Virus record (IMG/VR): IMGVR_UViG_3300037483_000443
Span: 1-64,000 of that record
Direction: 5' to 3' (one strand)
Source: a virus
Length of the DNA: 64,000 bases
Shown here: positions 49,992 through 59,142 of the stretch, piece after piece
Layout of the letters: every line of letters starts with the position of its first letter
Position numbering within the stretch: the stretch's first letter is position 1
Notes under the pieces: model-generated
What the model was told of the DNA's origin: nothing
Databases searched by the model: none
The model's input: only the letters and a program-made list of their open reading frames with translations
Translations under genes and position numbers: made by a program

Positions 49992-51461
49992 TTACTCTTC
50001 TTCCTCATACTCTTCGACATCACTTTCCGGAGCATCGTGCTGAACTTTGTCATCGTCGGTATGAACGATAACTGGAAGACCTAGAGCTTGGAGAGCATTG
50101 CGACCGATGAGTACTTCATACTTCATGTTAGAGCGATCGTTGAGCGTAAACTCAATTTGATTGAGGCGAGTGTTACGCATGACAAGATCGAGACGAACGA
50201 CTGGACGACGTGGAGCTTCACCGTTCACCGTCATCGCGTTTCGGATCTTCACTGTCTTAAAGACAGGTACTTGGTATGTCACGTCACCACGAGTAAAGCG
50301 GACAGTGTTCTCGAGCATCTCAACGTGGTCGACGTGTAAGGAGCAGAACTTTGCACCGGTGTCGATGCGAGCTTCCACGTCACTGGTAATGCGATTGATT
50401 GCGACGATCTCGGTCTCGCCGATTGTGTCTTGAGTAGGTGCAGGAACTTGAGGAGGAGCTTCGTCCTTAACCTGATCTTCGACGTCTTCCGGTGGAACTT
50501 CAGCTGATTCAGTACCCATAATGTACTCAATGACGGTCTTCGGGAGATTCTTGTCAGGCCAATTCTTCTGAATTGCTTCAAGACCAGGAGAACCGTTGAC
50601 TTCCAAGACGATGATCTTTTTATCTTCCGTGATCAGGTAGTCGATCGCACAGAAGTTACAGCCAAAGAGCTCTACGATCTGTCGAGCCACGTTCAGCTCA
50701 TCGTCTGATGGTTTGTAGATCTCAGTTTCAGAGCCTAGGTGAGAGTTGGTGCGAAACTCGTCTTTCTCTTTCGGTTGACCACGAAGGTTTGCTGCGAGCA
50801 TCTCGGTACCGATCATGATGATTCGTGCTGAACGCTCATGTTTGCAGAACTCTTGCAGCATGAAGTCAAGGCCTTCCTTGGCAAGCAACTGACAAACAGA
50901 GACGAGAGATGATCGGCTGTCTACCTTCATGACCCCGATGCCGTGAGTACCTCGTAGTGTCTTGATGACGAACGGGTACTTAATCTTCTTTTCTTCTTCA
51001 AGCTTAGCAACGACAGTCTCGATCTCGTCAAGACCTTGAATCATCACGCTGTAGGGTGACTTGATTCCTGCCGAGTTCAGAACGATCTGAGTCATCAGCT
51101 TATCATTGCACAGCTCCATTGACTCTGGAGAGTTCAACAATTTTGCGCCCTGTTTTTCGAGACGCTTCAAGATGCCGATCTTTACTAGCATGTTGTACTC
51201 GTTCAATCGAGGAATGACAGCTGTCTCGGTGTCAACCTTGACTTCGGTAAGAGTACCCTTTTCAACGTCTACGGAATAGACTGCGCTCTTCAGCTTGAAG
51301 TTTTCAGGTGAGTCACCTTCAAGTTCTTCACAGAGAACGGTCTTAGAGATGTCGAGGATCTCTGCTTTGAGACCTAGTTTCTCTGCTTCTTTTTGAAGTT
51401 CTACTGGTACAAAGTTAGAAGGTTCTGCTGTTACAAGCAGCACTTTTTTGATGGTCATCAC
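49992..51461 (-). CDS. RimK-like ATP-grasp ligase fused to RimB-like (retropepsin-fold) protease
   Basis: NDKL...PFVIKTLRGTHGIGV...LQEF...FRTNSHLG...AIDYL...LEVNGSPG; C-terminal ARIDTGAKFCSLH...RRPVV...FTLNDRSNMKYEVLIGRN. Confidence 0.88.
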   Translation of the reverse strand: MMTIKKVLLVTAEPSNFVPVELQKEAEKLGLKAEILDISKTVLCEELEGDSPENFKLKSAVYSVDVEKGTLTEVKVDTETAVIPRLNEYNMLVKIGILKRLEKQGAKLLNSPESMELCNDKLMTQIVLNSAGIKSPYSVMIQGLDEIETVVAKLEEEKKIKYPFVIKTLRGTHGIGVMKVDSRSSLVSVCQLLAKEGLDFMLQEFCKHERSARIIMIGTEMLAANLRGQPKEKDEFRTNSHLGSETEIYKPSDDELNVARQIVELFGCNFCAIDYLITEDKKIIVLEVNGSPGLEAIQKNWPDKNLPKTVIEYIMGTESAEVPPEDVEDQVKDEAPPQVPAPTQDTIGETEIVAINRITSDVEARIDTGAKFCSLHVDHVEMLENTVRFTRGDVTYQVPVFKTVKIRNAMTVNGEAPRRPVVRLDLVMRNTRLNQIEFTLNDRSNMKYEVLIGRNALQALGLPVIVHTDDDKVQHDAPESDVEEYEEEE

Positions 51462-51466
51462 GTATC

Positions 51467-51667
51467 CTATTCGTAATCAAATTCACCGTTGAAAACGATG
51501 ACTACTTCTACACCTTTAACGGGGTGATCAAGCTCAACAACATAGTATCGACGTTCGCTATGTGCTTCTTTACTAAAGACGATCTTTCCAATTTGACCAG
51601 TAAAATCACCTTCTTGAATCTTAATTTTCTTACTGTAACCTTCGTCTAGGAATTTCTTAAAGCTCAT
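51467..51667 (-). CDS. Small KOW/SH3-like protein (probable start 51667)
   Basis: MSFKKFLDEG then KIKIQEGDFTGQIGKIV KOW-like motif; ATGA overlap with the upstream gene. Confidence 0.55.
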   Translation of the reverse strand: MSFKKFLDEGYSKKIKIQEGDFTGQIGKIVFSKEAHSERRYYVVELDHPVKGVEVVIVFNGEFDYE

Positions 51668-52506
51668 AATGACCCTCGTTTGTGTAAATTTATGTAAGCT
51701 GTACGCTTTATCAAAAGTGCCGGGAAATCTATCCACACTTCATGGTCTCCGGTACCGCGTGAGAATGATTCAATGCGAACAGAGTGGAATCCGTTGGCTT
51801 CAGGCTCAAGTTTCTCAGCCAGATATCTTTCAGTTGAAGAGATGTGACGAGACAGCAGATCTTTGATGATCTTGGCATCTTCATTTGAGATACTCTCACC
51901 GATCGAGAGGTTCTTCTCAAGCTTATGACGATCTTCACCGATGATCTTGTCGATCTGCTTCAAAGCTGTCCTGAACTCACCGAAGGTTTTCGGCTTATAC
52001 TTCTTGATCTTCGTATCGGTCAACTGAGCAAAACTGTTCTGGACGGTGTCTAGCCAGTCAGTGAAAGTCTTATTATCAACCCGATCAAATCCGAGATTCT
52101 TGTGAAGGCCCTTGAAGCTGCGGTAGAATGAAGCACCCGGAGCTACACCTACTCGTGTTCCGTCAAGAGGGATCAGAACGTAGACATCATCTCCACCAAA
52201 GGTGCGATCAAAGTTAGTATAAGCCTTGATGAAACGAGAGCGACTAGGCATCCGGTTCCAAGACGGCATCTCCTTGATGAGCTTGTCAACCCAGAACTTA
52301 GAGCGTTCTTCCTTGGCTGCCGGGGTGACCAACATCATATCTGGACCGGTGTCTTGCCTGAAGAAGGGAGTGTGTTGCGCGATCAAGTGCGCATTCTTCG
52401 CCTTCTCTCTCAGCAGCTCTAGGAACTTACCTTCTGTAAGTTCACGGCGATGCTCTGCATCTGTAGGATCACCCTCGTTGAGGAAATGTTTGAAGTTTAA
52501 GTTCAT
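51664..52506 (-). CDS. Hypothetical virion protein, possibly ADP-ribosyltransferase-like fold
   Basis: FFR...PSRSRFIKAYT...YVLIPLDGTRVGVAP...HEVWI. Confidence 0.5.
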   Translation of the reverse strand: MNLNFKHFLNEGDPTDAEHRRELTEGKFLELLREKAKNAHLIAQHTPFFRQDTGPDMMLVTPAAKEERSKFWVDKLIKEMPSWNRMPSRSRFIKAYTNFDRTFGGDDVYVLIPLDGTRVGVAPGASFYRSFKGLHKNLGFDRVDNKTFTDWLDTVQNSFAQLTDTKIKKYKPKTFGEFRTALKQIDKIIGEDRHKLEKNLSIGESISNEDAKIIKDLLSRHISSTERYLAEKLEPEANGFHSVRIESFSRGTGDHEVWIDFPALLIKRTAYINLHKRGSL

Positions 52507-52514
52507 CTACCTAT

Positions 52515-53192
52515 TTACAGCTTTGCGTAAAATTGGGTGACACGATTGAAAAGCTGTTCAACTAGATCTTCGGTGATAGTTTTCTTGAAAACAAGCGGCA
52601 GTTTGTTCTCGACTCCCATGAGAATGACCATCTTTTCAATGTTAGTACCAAACATCTCATTGTGCATGATCGCGTAAGCTGCACATTGTACCCAATAGTC
52701 ACCTATCTCATCAGCTGACTTGATCCTACTAGAAGTCTTGTAGTCAACAATCGCGATCTCTCCTTGATACTCGGCGATCAAGTCACAACGCCCTGCAACC
52801 CCCAGGGTATCAGAGTACAGAACGACTTCTTGACCGAATACTTTGTTGACCTTGTTAACTTCTAATCGAAGACTTTTAAACAGACGAGTGTGTGCTTCTG
52901 GAAAAGATTCTAGCTGAGGATCTTCATTGCGGAGATAGCGCTCCAACATTAAGTGAGTGTTGGTACCACGATCACATGCATCTTTTGAGATCTGGTCAGC
53001 TTTCTTGTTACCAACCCGAGCTCTCCAGTTTGCTAGAACATCTCTCTTCTCAGACTCAAGAGTGTTACCCAGAACAGTCGTGATGCTGGGGAACATCTTT
53101 TCATCCGAGATGCAGTAGACTCTACCGACACCTTGTAGGTTGGTAGTCTCGCAATCGAGATACTGAAAGGTGTCGAGAGCTAATTCAGTCAT
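52515..53192 (-). CDS. PD-(D/E)XK exonuclease
   Basis: PSITTVL, RGTNTH, AGRCDLI...VDYKTS, Q-CAAYA. Confidence 0.85.
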   Translation of the reverse strand: MTELALDTFQYLDCETTNLQGVGRVYCISDEKMFPSITTVLGNTLESEKRDVLANWRARVGNKKADQISKDACDRGTNTHLMLERYLRNEDPQLESFPEAHTRLFKSLRLEVNKVNKVFGQEVVLYSDTLGVAGRCDLIAEYQGEIAIVDYKTSSRIKSADEIGDYWVQCAAYAIMHNEMFGTNIEKMVILMGVENKLPLVFKKTITEDLVEQLFNRVTQFYAKL

Positions 53193-54920
53193 TTAGAACT
53201 TAACAGGTGAGATGACTGAATAGATTCCATCATAATTGCAAGCAATGACGTTCACACCATTGATAGACATCAAATAGTTAGGAAACCAGTCTCCGCTTTC
53301 CACTTTCTTTGCGCCTTTTTTATTTGCTTTGAATAAAGATTCAACCTTTGGATCGTGCTCAGACGTAATCATGAATGTATCTTTCAGATCCTTACCAAGA
53401 TGATTTTTCACAGCTTTCTTACTAGCTTCAATATCATCTTCTGCATCGTCACCAAAAGCAGCTTTATTGGTCTTAAACCAGCCATTTAGTTTTTCTTCAA
53501 TGGCTTCCTTAATGTCATCTTCCTTGCTCAGATCATGCTTACTAGTACGATCTGGGACAGCAGCTGCCATCAGAGCTTCAACGTCCTTCGAAGACATCAT
53601 GAAACCGTCATCTTGACCAACAGCTTTCACCAACACGGTAGACCCGCGAGGAGAGAAGACGAACTTCTTTGCTGGTGACTCGGTGTGGTCACGAACGACT
53701 GTGACATTACGATTATTAAGACCTTTGACTAGCTTCTCGGATTCTTCATCGTCTAGCTCCATCGTGATCTGCTTGCTTGTAATGCTTAAACGCCCATCTT
53801 CAGACTTGAATGCCCAGTCAATCTTTTCTTCGGTGATGTTGATCTTCATGTTTTCACTAACTCCTGATAGTTCATTGATTCTCTTTTCAAACTTAGCTTT
53901 TACTTCTGAATAGCTTGTACTAGGAGAATCTTTTGCCAGGAGCTCCCACTTTTCTATCGGCTGTCCTTTCTTAGCCAAGTAGAATCCGTCTCCTCGATTC
54001 CACTCAATGGAGAAATCTCCTTTGACAGCCTTAGTCTGCCATGCTTCATTCAGATTTACGTCTTCCTTGATTCCCTTTGTATCATCAGAAACGTTCTTCG
54101 ATTGCTCTGTCTTATCAGACGTCTTCTTCTCTGCGGTGTTCTCATTTTTCTCTGCTTCCTTCTCATAGTCAAATGAATGGCGGATGAAGTTCTTAAGCGC
54201 AGTCTTCATCTGTCCGTTCTGTTGAATCTCTGCAGCAGCCTCCTTGATTCCCTTGATAATCGCAGCACGATATGGGTTGCGGGCGAGCGCGATCTCGGGA
54301 ACCCCGAGGTCAATGATAGCATGGTATACCATCAGCTGGGAAGCAGTAGAGAAACGGCTCTCGATGCTAGCAGCACTCTCAAGCAGTGCTAAGATAGCTT
54401 CTTCACCGTAGTTGAGTTCTTCACTGGTAGCTTCAGATGAACCGAAGTTTCGGTCAAAGTTATCTTCAACCGTTCCATTTTTGTTGTTAGGGCCGTAAAC
54501 TCGTTGATCAAGAGAAGAAGAACCGTCGTCTTCAACCTCTTCGTCCTCTTCGTCCTCTTCTTCACCTTCTCCTTCAGGCCACTCAACGTCGATGATCTCA
54601 TACTCTTTGGAGAGGTCATTCAGAACTTCTTCGATGTCGTCAATCTCTCCCAGCTTCGCAGCAAGAGCTTTCTCGAAGGGTTCTGCCTGTTCGGCATTGA
54701 CGTAGACCTTGACGATCTTGCCGTCATCGGTCTCCAAGCCAAAAGTCACACTGTCGATCTCATCAAACTTGACTGAGCGATCAAGTTTGTCAATGACTGC
54801 TTGTTCATCGGATGCATTTGGAACGTTGGTATTGGTAGCTCCTTCACCAGATCCACCAATCCCGGCTTCAAACAGCTTGAAATCTCTTGTCATGTTCTTG
54901 AGGATATTACGCATTGTCAT
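53193..54920 (-). CDS. Acidic putative internal head protein
   Basis: Multiple hydrophobic-x-E motifs (LFE, LLE, IKE, LNE, ITE) between segments; acidic tract. Confidence 0.55.
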   Translation of the reverse strand: MTMRNILKNMTRDFKLFEAGIGGSGEGATNTNVPNASDEQAVIDKLDRSVKFDEIDSVTFGLETDDGKIVKVYVNAEQAEPFEKALAAKLGEIDDIEEVLNDLSKEYEIIDVEWPEGEGEEEDEEDEEVEDDGSSSLDQRVYGPNNKNGTVEDNFDRNFGSSEATSEELNYGEEAILALLESAASIESRFSTASQLMVYHAIIDLGVPEIALARNPYRAAIIKGIKEAAAEIQQNGQMKTALKNFIRHSFDYEKEAEKNENTAEKKTSDKTEQSKNVSDDTKGIKEDVNLNEAWQTKAVKGDFSIEWNRGDGFYLAKKGQPIEKWELLAKDSPSTSYSEVKAKFEKRINELSGVSENMKINITEEKIDWAFKSEDGRLSITSKQITMELDDEESEKLVKGLNNRNVTVVRDHTESPAKKFVFSPRGSTVLVKAVGQDDGFMMSSKDVEALMAAAVPDRTSKHDLSKEDDIKEAIEEKLNGWFKTNKAAFGDDAEDDIEASKKAVKNHLGKDLKDTFMITSEHDPKVESLFKANKKGAKKVESGDWFPNYLMSINGVNVIACNYDGIYSVISPVKF

Positions 54921-55899
54921 TCTCCGTTCCTTGTGTTTGTGACGGGGTGCTCTCTGGAGCTTTCTCGATCTTCTTAGGTTTCAAGAATGCTGGAGCTTTA
55001 AACTTCTTTGTACTGAAGGTGCGAGCTCTCTTCTTGATCGTCTTACCGTCACGGATCTTATATTTACCGTTTTGCTTATCTGTGTTTTTCTCAGGAGATA
55101 ACTTCTTGAGACGGTACAGGCCCCCTAAGTCCTTATCAAGATCTTGTTTGGTATCTCCCCAACCGGATTGTGAATTAGTAGCTCTAGCTCTTGGGTCAAT
55201 GATCGCGTTGCTAGTAGAAGCAACACCTCCGGTAGAAACAGCTCCACCGTCAGCTGTTTCGTTTAACTTCGCGAAACCGATGATCTTCTGAGCAGCTGTG
55301 CCGAATCTCCTTGACGCGATCAGATTAGATAGCTTGCGGAGGTGAGGAATCACCTTGGAAGTAGGATCACTCTGCATCATGAACATCAGGGAGTCATTGA
55401 TGGCCTTCTGCTTCGTGTTGAAGTTTACTGTGTCCCATTTGTGTAGAGTTTTGAGAATGCCGTGAAAGTAGCTGCTCTGAACGTTGAAAACATATTGAAG
55501 CAACAAGATGGCTCCGATTACCTCATTCCAGTTGATTGCGTCTGGAGCAGTCAGAGGCACCTTCATGATCTTTTGGATGCGTGTCGCAGAGACCTTCTTT
55601 GCAGCTTTGATTAGGTCTGCAGCATCTTCAGGTTGAATTCTGGACTTAACTTCCTTGTCACCGGCATGAAACATCGCACGAGCCCAGAAGTTAAGGTCAC
55701 TCATGTGGGAAGAGAATTTTGTCAGGTTGGCATGTCCGTGATCATTGATCAGCTCCAACCCCTTGAGGTCTTGCAGCTTCAAGAACAGCAAAGCAGTCAC
55801 GTAGTTCGCGAAGAAACCGTTCTTGATGTCGGTATCATCAGCCTTCTCTAGACGCTTCAGATTAATGCTCTCTTCAAGGTTAGCAAAAAAGTTAGTCAT
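54907..55899 (-). CDS. Putative internal head protein (probable start 55899)
   Basis: GGAAG SD-like before MTNFFANLEES; LNE-T..GG..STGGVA motif. Confidence 0.5.
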   Translation of the reverse strand: MTNFFANLEESINLKRLEKADDTDIKNGFFANYVTALLFLKLQDLKGLELINDHGHANLTKFSSHMSDLNFWARAMFHAGDKEVKSRIQPEDAADLIKAAKKVSATRIQKIMKVPLTAPDAINWNEVIGAILLLQYVFNVQSSYFHGILKTLHKWDTVNFNTKQKAINDSLMFMMQSDPTSKVIPHLRKLSNLIASRRFGTAAQKIIGFAKLNETADGGAVSTGGVASTSNAIIDPRARATNSQSGWGDTKQDLDKDLGGLYRLKKLSPEKNTDKQNGKYKIRDGKTIKKRARTFSTKKFKAPAFLKPKKIEKAPESTPSQTQGTENDNA

Positions 55900-57424
55900 T
55901 GTTACTTCCATAAAGTGAATCAAGTTGATCTCCGAAGAACGTGTTGACCAAATCATACATGTCATTCGCTCTGCGAACTTTATGCAGAGTCTCGATCAGT
56001 TGACGACGTGCTTCAGCAAACGTCAACAGAGTGCGTCGCTTGATCTCTTTTGTATACTTGATGGTTTGGCCGTCCTTAAGATTCAGAACGTAGTCATCGC
56101 CATTTGTCTTGAACGAACTCAAGGCATCTTCTAAGTCATCGATTGCAGCAATGTAGATCGCTTGGATCTTACGACGAACAGACCCGAAGTTCAGCTGATT
56201 CAGACTTTTCGTGATGCGTTCAAGGGTCTCATCTCGATCTTCACCTTGAAACTTTTGTAAGACTCTCTTCGTCTGACTTGGAGTGTCTGCATTCTCAAGA
56301 CCGAACAGCTTAACAGAGCGAAGACGAGCGTCTCCAACGATGCCACCACGGGCTTCGATCGACATGTTCGTGTCTGAAGTAGTTGCACGAGTAGCAACAC
56401 TTTTACGAGCCTGGTAGTTGAACTTGTTGATCGCGGTGAAGACATCTTTATCGACGATCTTGAACTTCTCGCGTGTCTTGGGGTCACTGAAGATGATTCC
56501 TTCTATACCACGGTATGCAGCCTGATCGTCTTCAACCCCACGCAGAGACGGCTTCTGACGATAGATCAGATCCATCAGCTTCTCCTTAATCGGGAGCTTG
56601 AAGTCAGCCATTATCTTGTCTTGAACTGATTGTCGTTCATTCGTTAGATCACGAGTGCGATCCTTGAGTACTTCAAAGTTAGTTAGATCCCGTCCTAGCT
56701 CACGAGCAAATGGATTCTCCTGACGAAGATAAGTTTTTAAGGCTCCTAGTTCCTTGACGAAGTTGACCTTCATGACCTCTTCTCTCGGTACGATGTCAGA
56801 AATAGAGAATTTCCAAGTAGTAACGGTCGGGGTCTTCACGATTGTGACACCGTCGACTGTATCAGAGATTGCTGTTCTTACGGTGAACTGCTTGTCACCG
56901 ATGCGCTTCATCAGGTCTTTAATCTTCTTCTGGTCAGGCTCAACCGAAGGATCATCTCCCGAGAGCATCTCGAGGAACGCGATGTAGTTTAAGTTGTCTT
57001 TACCGTAGAGAACTGTATTCGGTTGAGGGCCGAAGAGGATCTCAAGGTTGATCGACTCTCCCGGAACTAGAACCTCCATGAAGTAACCTTCAGCCTTCTC
57101 TAGAACTGCGTGTGCGGTCTTGAAGCCGTCATATGCAGAGCTTTTGGGAAAGTCCGATTCATTGTAGAATCGCTTTCCCCCCTTCTGTTCACGAGAAGTA
57201 TAGAGCTCACCGTGATCGTCCAGACCAACTCGTAGATTTGCTCCGTCAAGTTTTTGAACTGCCTCGAACTCATGAAGCTTCTCGATTACACGAAGGAAGG
57301 CTTCGATGTCTAGATCTTCCAGATGAGTTATGCTGTAATCACTAGTACCTTCTGTTAAAAGTACTTTTGATGCATACGATTTGAAATTAGATTTCATGAG
57401 AGATGGGCAGAAGTCATTGTTCAT
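55892..57424 (-). CDS. ATP-dependent ligase/capping-enzyme-fold nucleotidyltransferase
   Basis: ITHLEDL; motif I QKLDGAN; motif III NLEI; motif IV EGIIF; motif V KFKIV. Confidence 0.65.
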   Translation of the reverse strand: MNNDFCPSLMKSNFKSYASKVLLTEGTSDYSITHLEDLDIEAFLRVIEKLHEFEAVQKLDGANLRVGLDDHGELYTSREQKGGKRFYNESDFPKSSAYDGFKTAHAVLEKAEGYFMEVLVPGESINLEILFGPQPNTVLYGKDNLNYIAFLEMLSGDDPSVEPDQKKIKDLMKRIGDKQFTVRTAISDTVDGVTIVKTPTVTTWKFSISDIVPREEVMKVNFVKELGALKTYLRQENPFARELGRDLTNFEVLKDRTRDLTNERQSVQDKIMADFKLPIKEKLMDLIYRQKPSLRGVEDDQAAYRGIEGIIFSDPKTREKFKIVDKDVFTAINKFNYQARKSVATRATTSDTNMSIEARGGIVGDARLRSVKLFGLENADTPSQTKRVLQKFQGEDRDETLERITKSLNQLNFGSVRRKIQAIYIAAIDDLEDALSSFKTNGDDYVLNLKDGQTIKYTKEIKRRTLLTFAEARRQLIETLHKVRRANDMYDLVNTFFGDQLDSLYGSNND

Positions 57425-57464
57425 TTACTATTTATGAACAATGAGCATTCTGCCCAATTTTGAC

Positions 57465-57737
57465 TTACTGTTGTTGTACTGCGGCCGCTGCAGCATCGAC
57501 TGCCTTGAAGCGAACTTCTAACTCTGTCATCAATCCCTTTAGAGCAGCTTCATACTTAAAGACTTCACGACGAGCAACTTCATGTTCTTGCTGCCACTGT
57601 TGGTGAATCTTGATCATGTCCTGCATTGCAGGATCCAACGCTTCAATGATGTAAGATTTTCCGTTGAATGTAACTGTTGGCTTTGGATCGTAAGCGTTTA
57701 CTTCTTCATTTACTGGAGATTTTGTTTCGTCTACCAT
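57465..57737 (-). CDS. Small coiled-coil protein
   Basis: AGGAG SD; full TATAAATA at 57771-57778 (minus strand). Confidence 0.65.
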   Translation of the reverse strand: MVDETKSPVNEEVNAYDPKPTVTFNGKSYIIEALDPAMQDMIKIHQQWQQEHEVARREVFKYEAALKGLMTELEVRFKAVDAAAAAVQQQ

Positions 57738-57773
57738 GATATGCTCCTATAGGTTTAGTTTGAGGTTGATTAT

Positions 57774-59126
57774 TTATACTTGAAAAATTCCGTCCAAATC
57801 ACCTAATCCAGAACCAGATTTGGGTAAAGAGGGCGGAGTGCTTGCATCAGGTTTTCTCTCTACGTAAGAGCTGATCGACTTTGACATCCTCGCTTTACCT
57901 GGATCTTCATCGATGTTCTCAAGACAAAGAGTTTTCTGGTTAAACTTTAGCATGTAGAAGTTACCTACACCGTTAGATGATCTAGTCTTCAGCAGTTTGA
58001 ACATCATCTCACCGCGGGCTTTCATTTGAGGGGTTTGCAGAATCGCAACCAGGTTATCAGTTGTGTTGATCTTTGACAAACCACCGGCGATGTTTGCGTG
58101 ACCCATATCTTCAACGTTGTCAAGCTGATGCGCAGAACGATTCAACTGTGAAGCTGTGATCATGATGAGATTGAACTCGTTCGCGATCGCACGCAGTTCT
58201 TCCGAGATGAACTTATCTCGAGTGAAGGTGTTCTCAGCTGAGATCTGCTGAACTGAAGCTAACAGGTCAAGATAGTCAACGACGATGAAGTCAGGTACAT
58301 AGCCATTAACGATCTCAAATTCTTTGAGGTGCGCGCGAATGTGGTTGGCGTTAGTAGATGACTCTGGCATACGCTTGATGTGTAGAGAACCATGCTTCTC
58401 CTTTTGCTGACTGATCTTTACTGTAGCCTCAGTGACATTCTTAAGAAGTTCGCCTTGTTGCATTCCAGAGAACATCGAGTCAAATCGCTTAGCAACAACT
58501 TCTTCAGATAGTTCTAGAGTGTAGTAGACACCGTTCAGGCCTCGCTTCATGAGGTTCTTTGCAAGATTAGCCATCGTCAACGACTTACCGACCCCGGCAG
58601 ACGCAGCAAAGATGATCATCTCCTTGCGGTTTAGACCACCGCCAAGATACTCATCAAGCTTGAGCCAACTTGTAGGGATGGAGTTATTGATTGAGAGTAG
58701 TCTTAGACGAGCTTCGGGATCACTGAAGTAGTCTAAGCCGATATTACGCTGCAATCCGACGGTGATCGCATCCTTGATCATTTTCTCGATCTCACCGTAT
58801 TTTCCCTCATCGAGGAGTTTTGGGGCTGCAAAGATGGCCGTCTCGATCGCTTTCTCACGACAGAATTGCTCAAGCTCATTCTCAGCATACGAGAGCTCTT
58901 GGCGTGTTAACGATGGCTTGAGATCAAGCTTTTGGCTAGTCTCGGCGATGATTTGATCAGATGACGGTGGTGTCTTGTATGTGTCAAAGTAGTTCTTAAC
59001 GAAGTTGACGACGTTCTTGATCTTGGGGTCAAAGTAAGCAGTCTTGAGGATCGGTGAGACCTTGACGAATAATTCTTGGCTCGAGACGAGATACGTCAAG
59101 AGCAACTTTTGCTTTTCTAGTTCCAT
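57774..59126 (-). CDS. Replicative DNA helicase (T4 gp41/DnaB-like)
   Basis: Walker A GVGKS, TLELSEE, IVVDYLDL, TASQLNR, KTR. Confidence 0.92.
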   Translation of the reverse strand: MELEKQKLLLTYLVSSQELFVKVSPILKTAYFDPKIKNVVNFVKNYFDTYKTPPSSDQIIAETSQKLDLKPSLTRQELSYAENELEQFCREKAIETAIFAAPKLLDEGKYGEIEKMIKDAITVGLQRNIGLDYFSDPEARLRLLSINNSIPTSWLKLDEYLGGGLNRKEMIIFAASAGVGKSLTMANLAKNLMKRGLNGVYYTLELSEEVVAKRFDSMFSGMQQGELLKNVTEATVKISQQKEKHGSLHIKRMPESSTNANHIRAHLKEFEIVNGYVPDFIVVDYLDLLASVQQISAENTFTRDKFISEELRAIANEFNLIMITASQLNRSAHQLDNVEDMGHANIAGGLSKINTTDNLVAILQTPQMKARGEMMFKLLKTRSSNGVGNFYMLKFNQKTLCLENIDEDPGKARMSKSISSYVERKPDASTPPSLPKSGSGLGDLDGIFQV

Positions 59127-59142
59127 GTTAAGGCTCTTTCTT

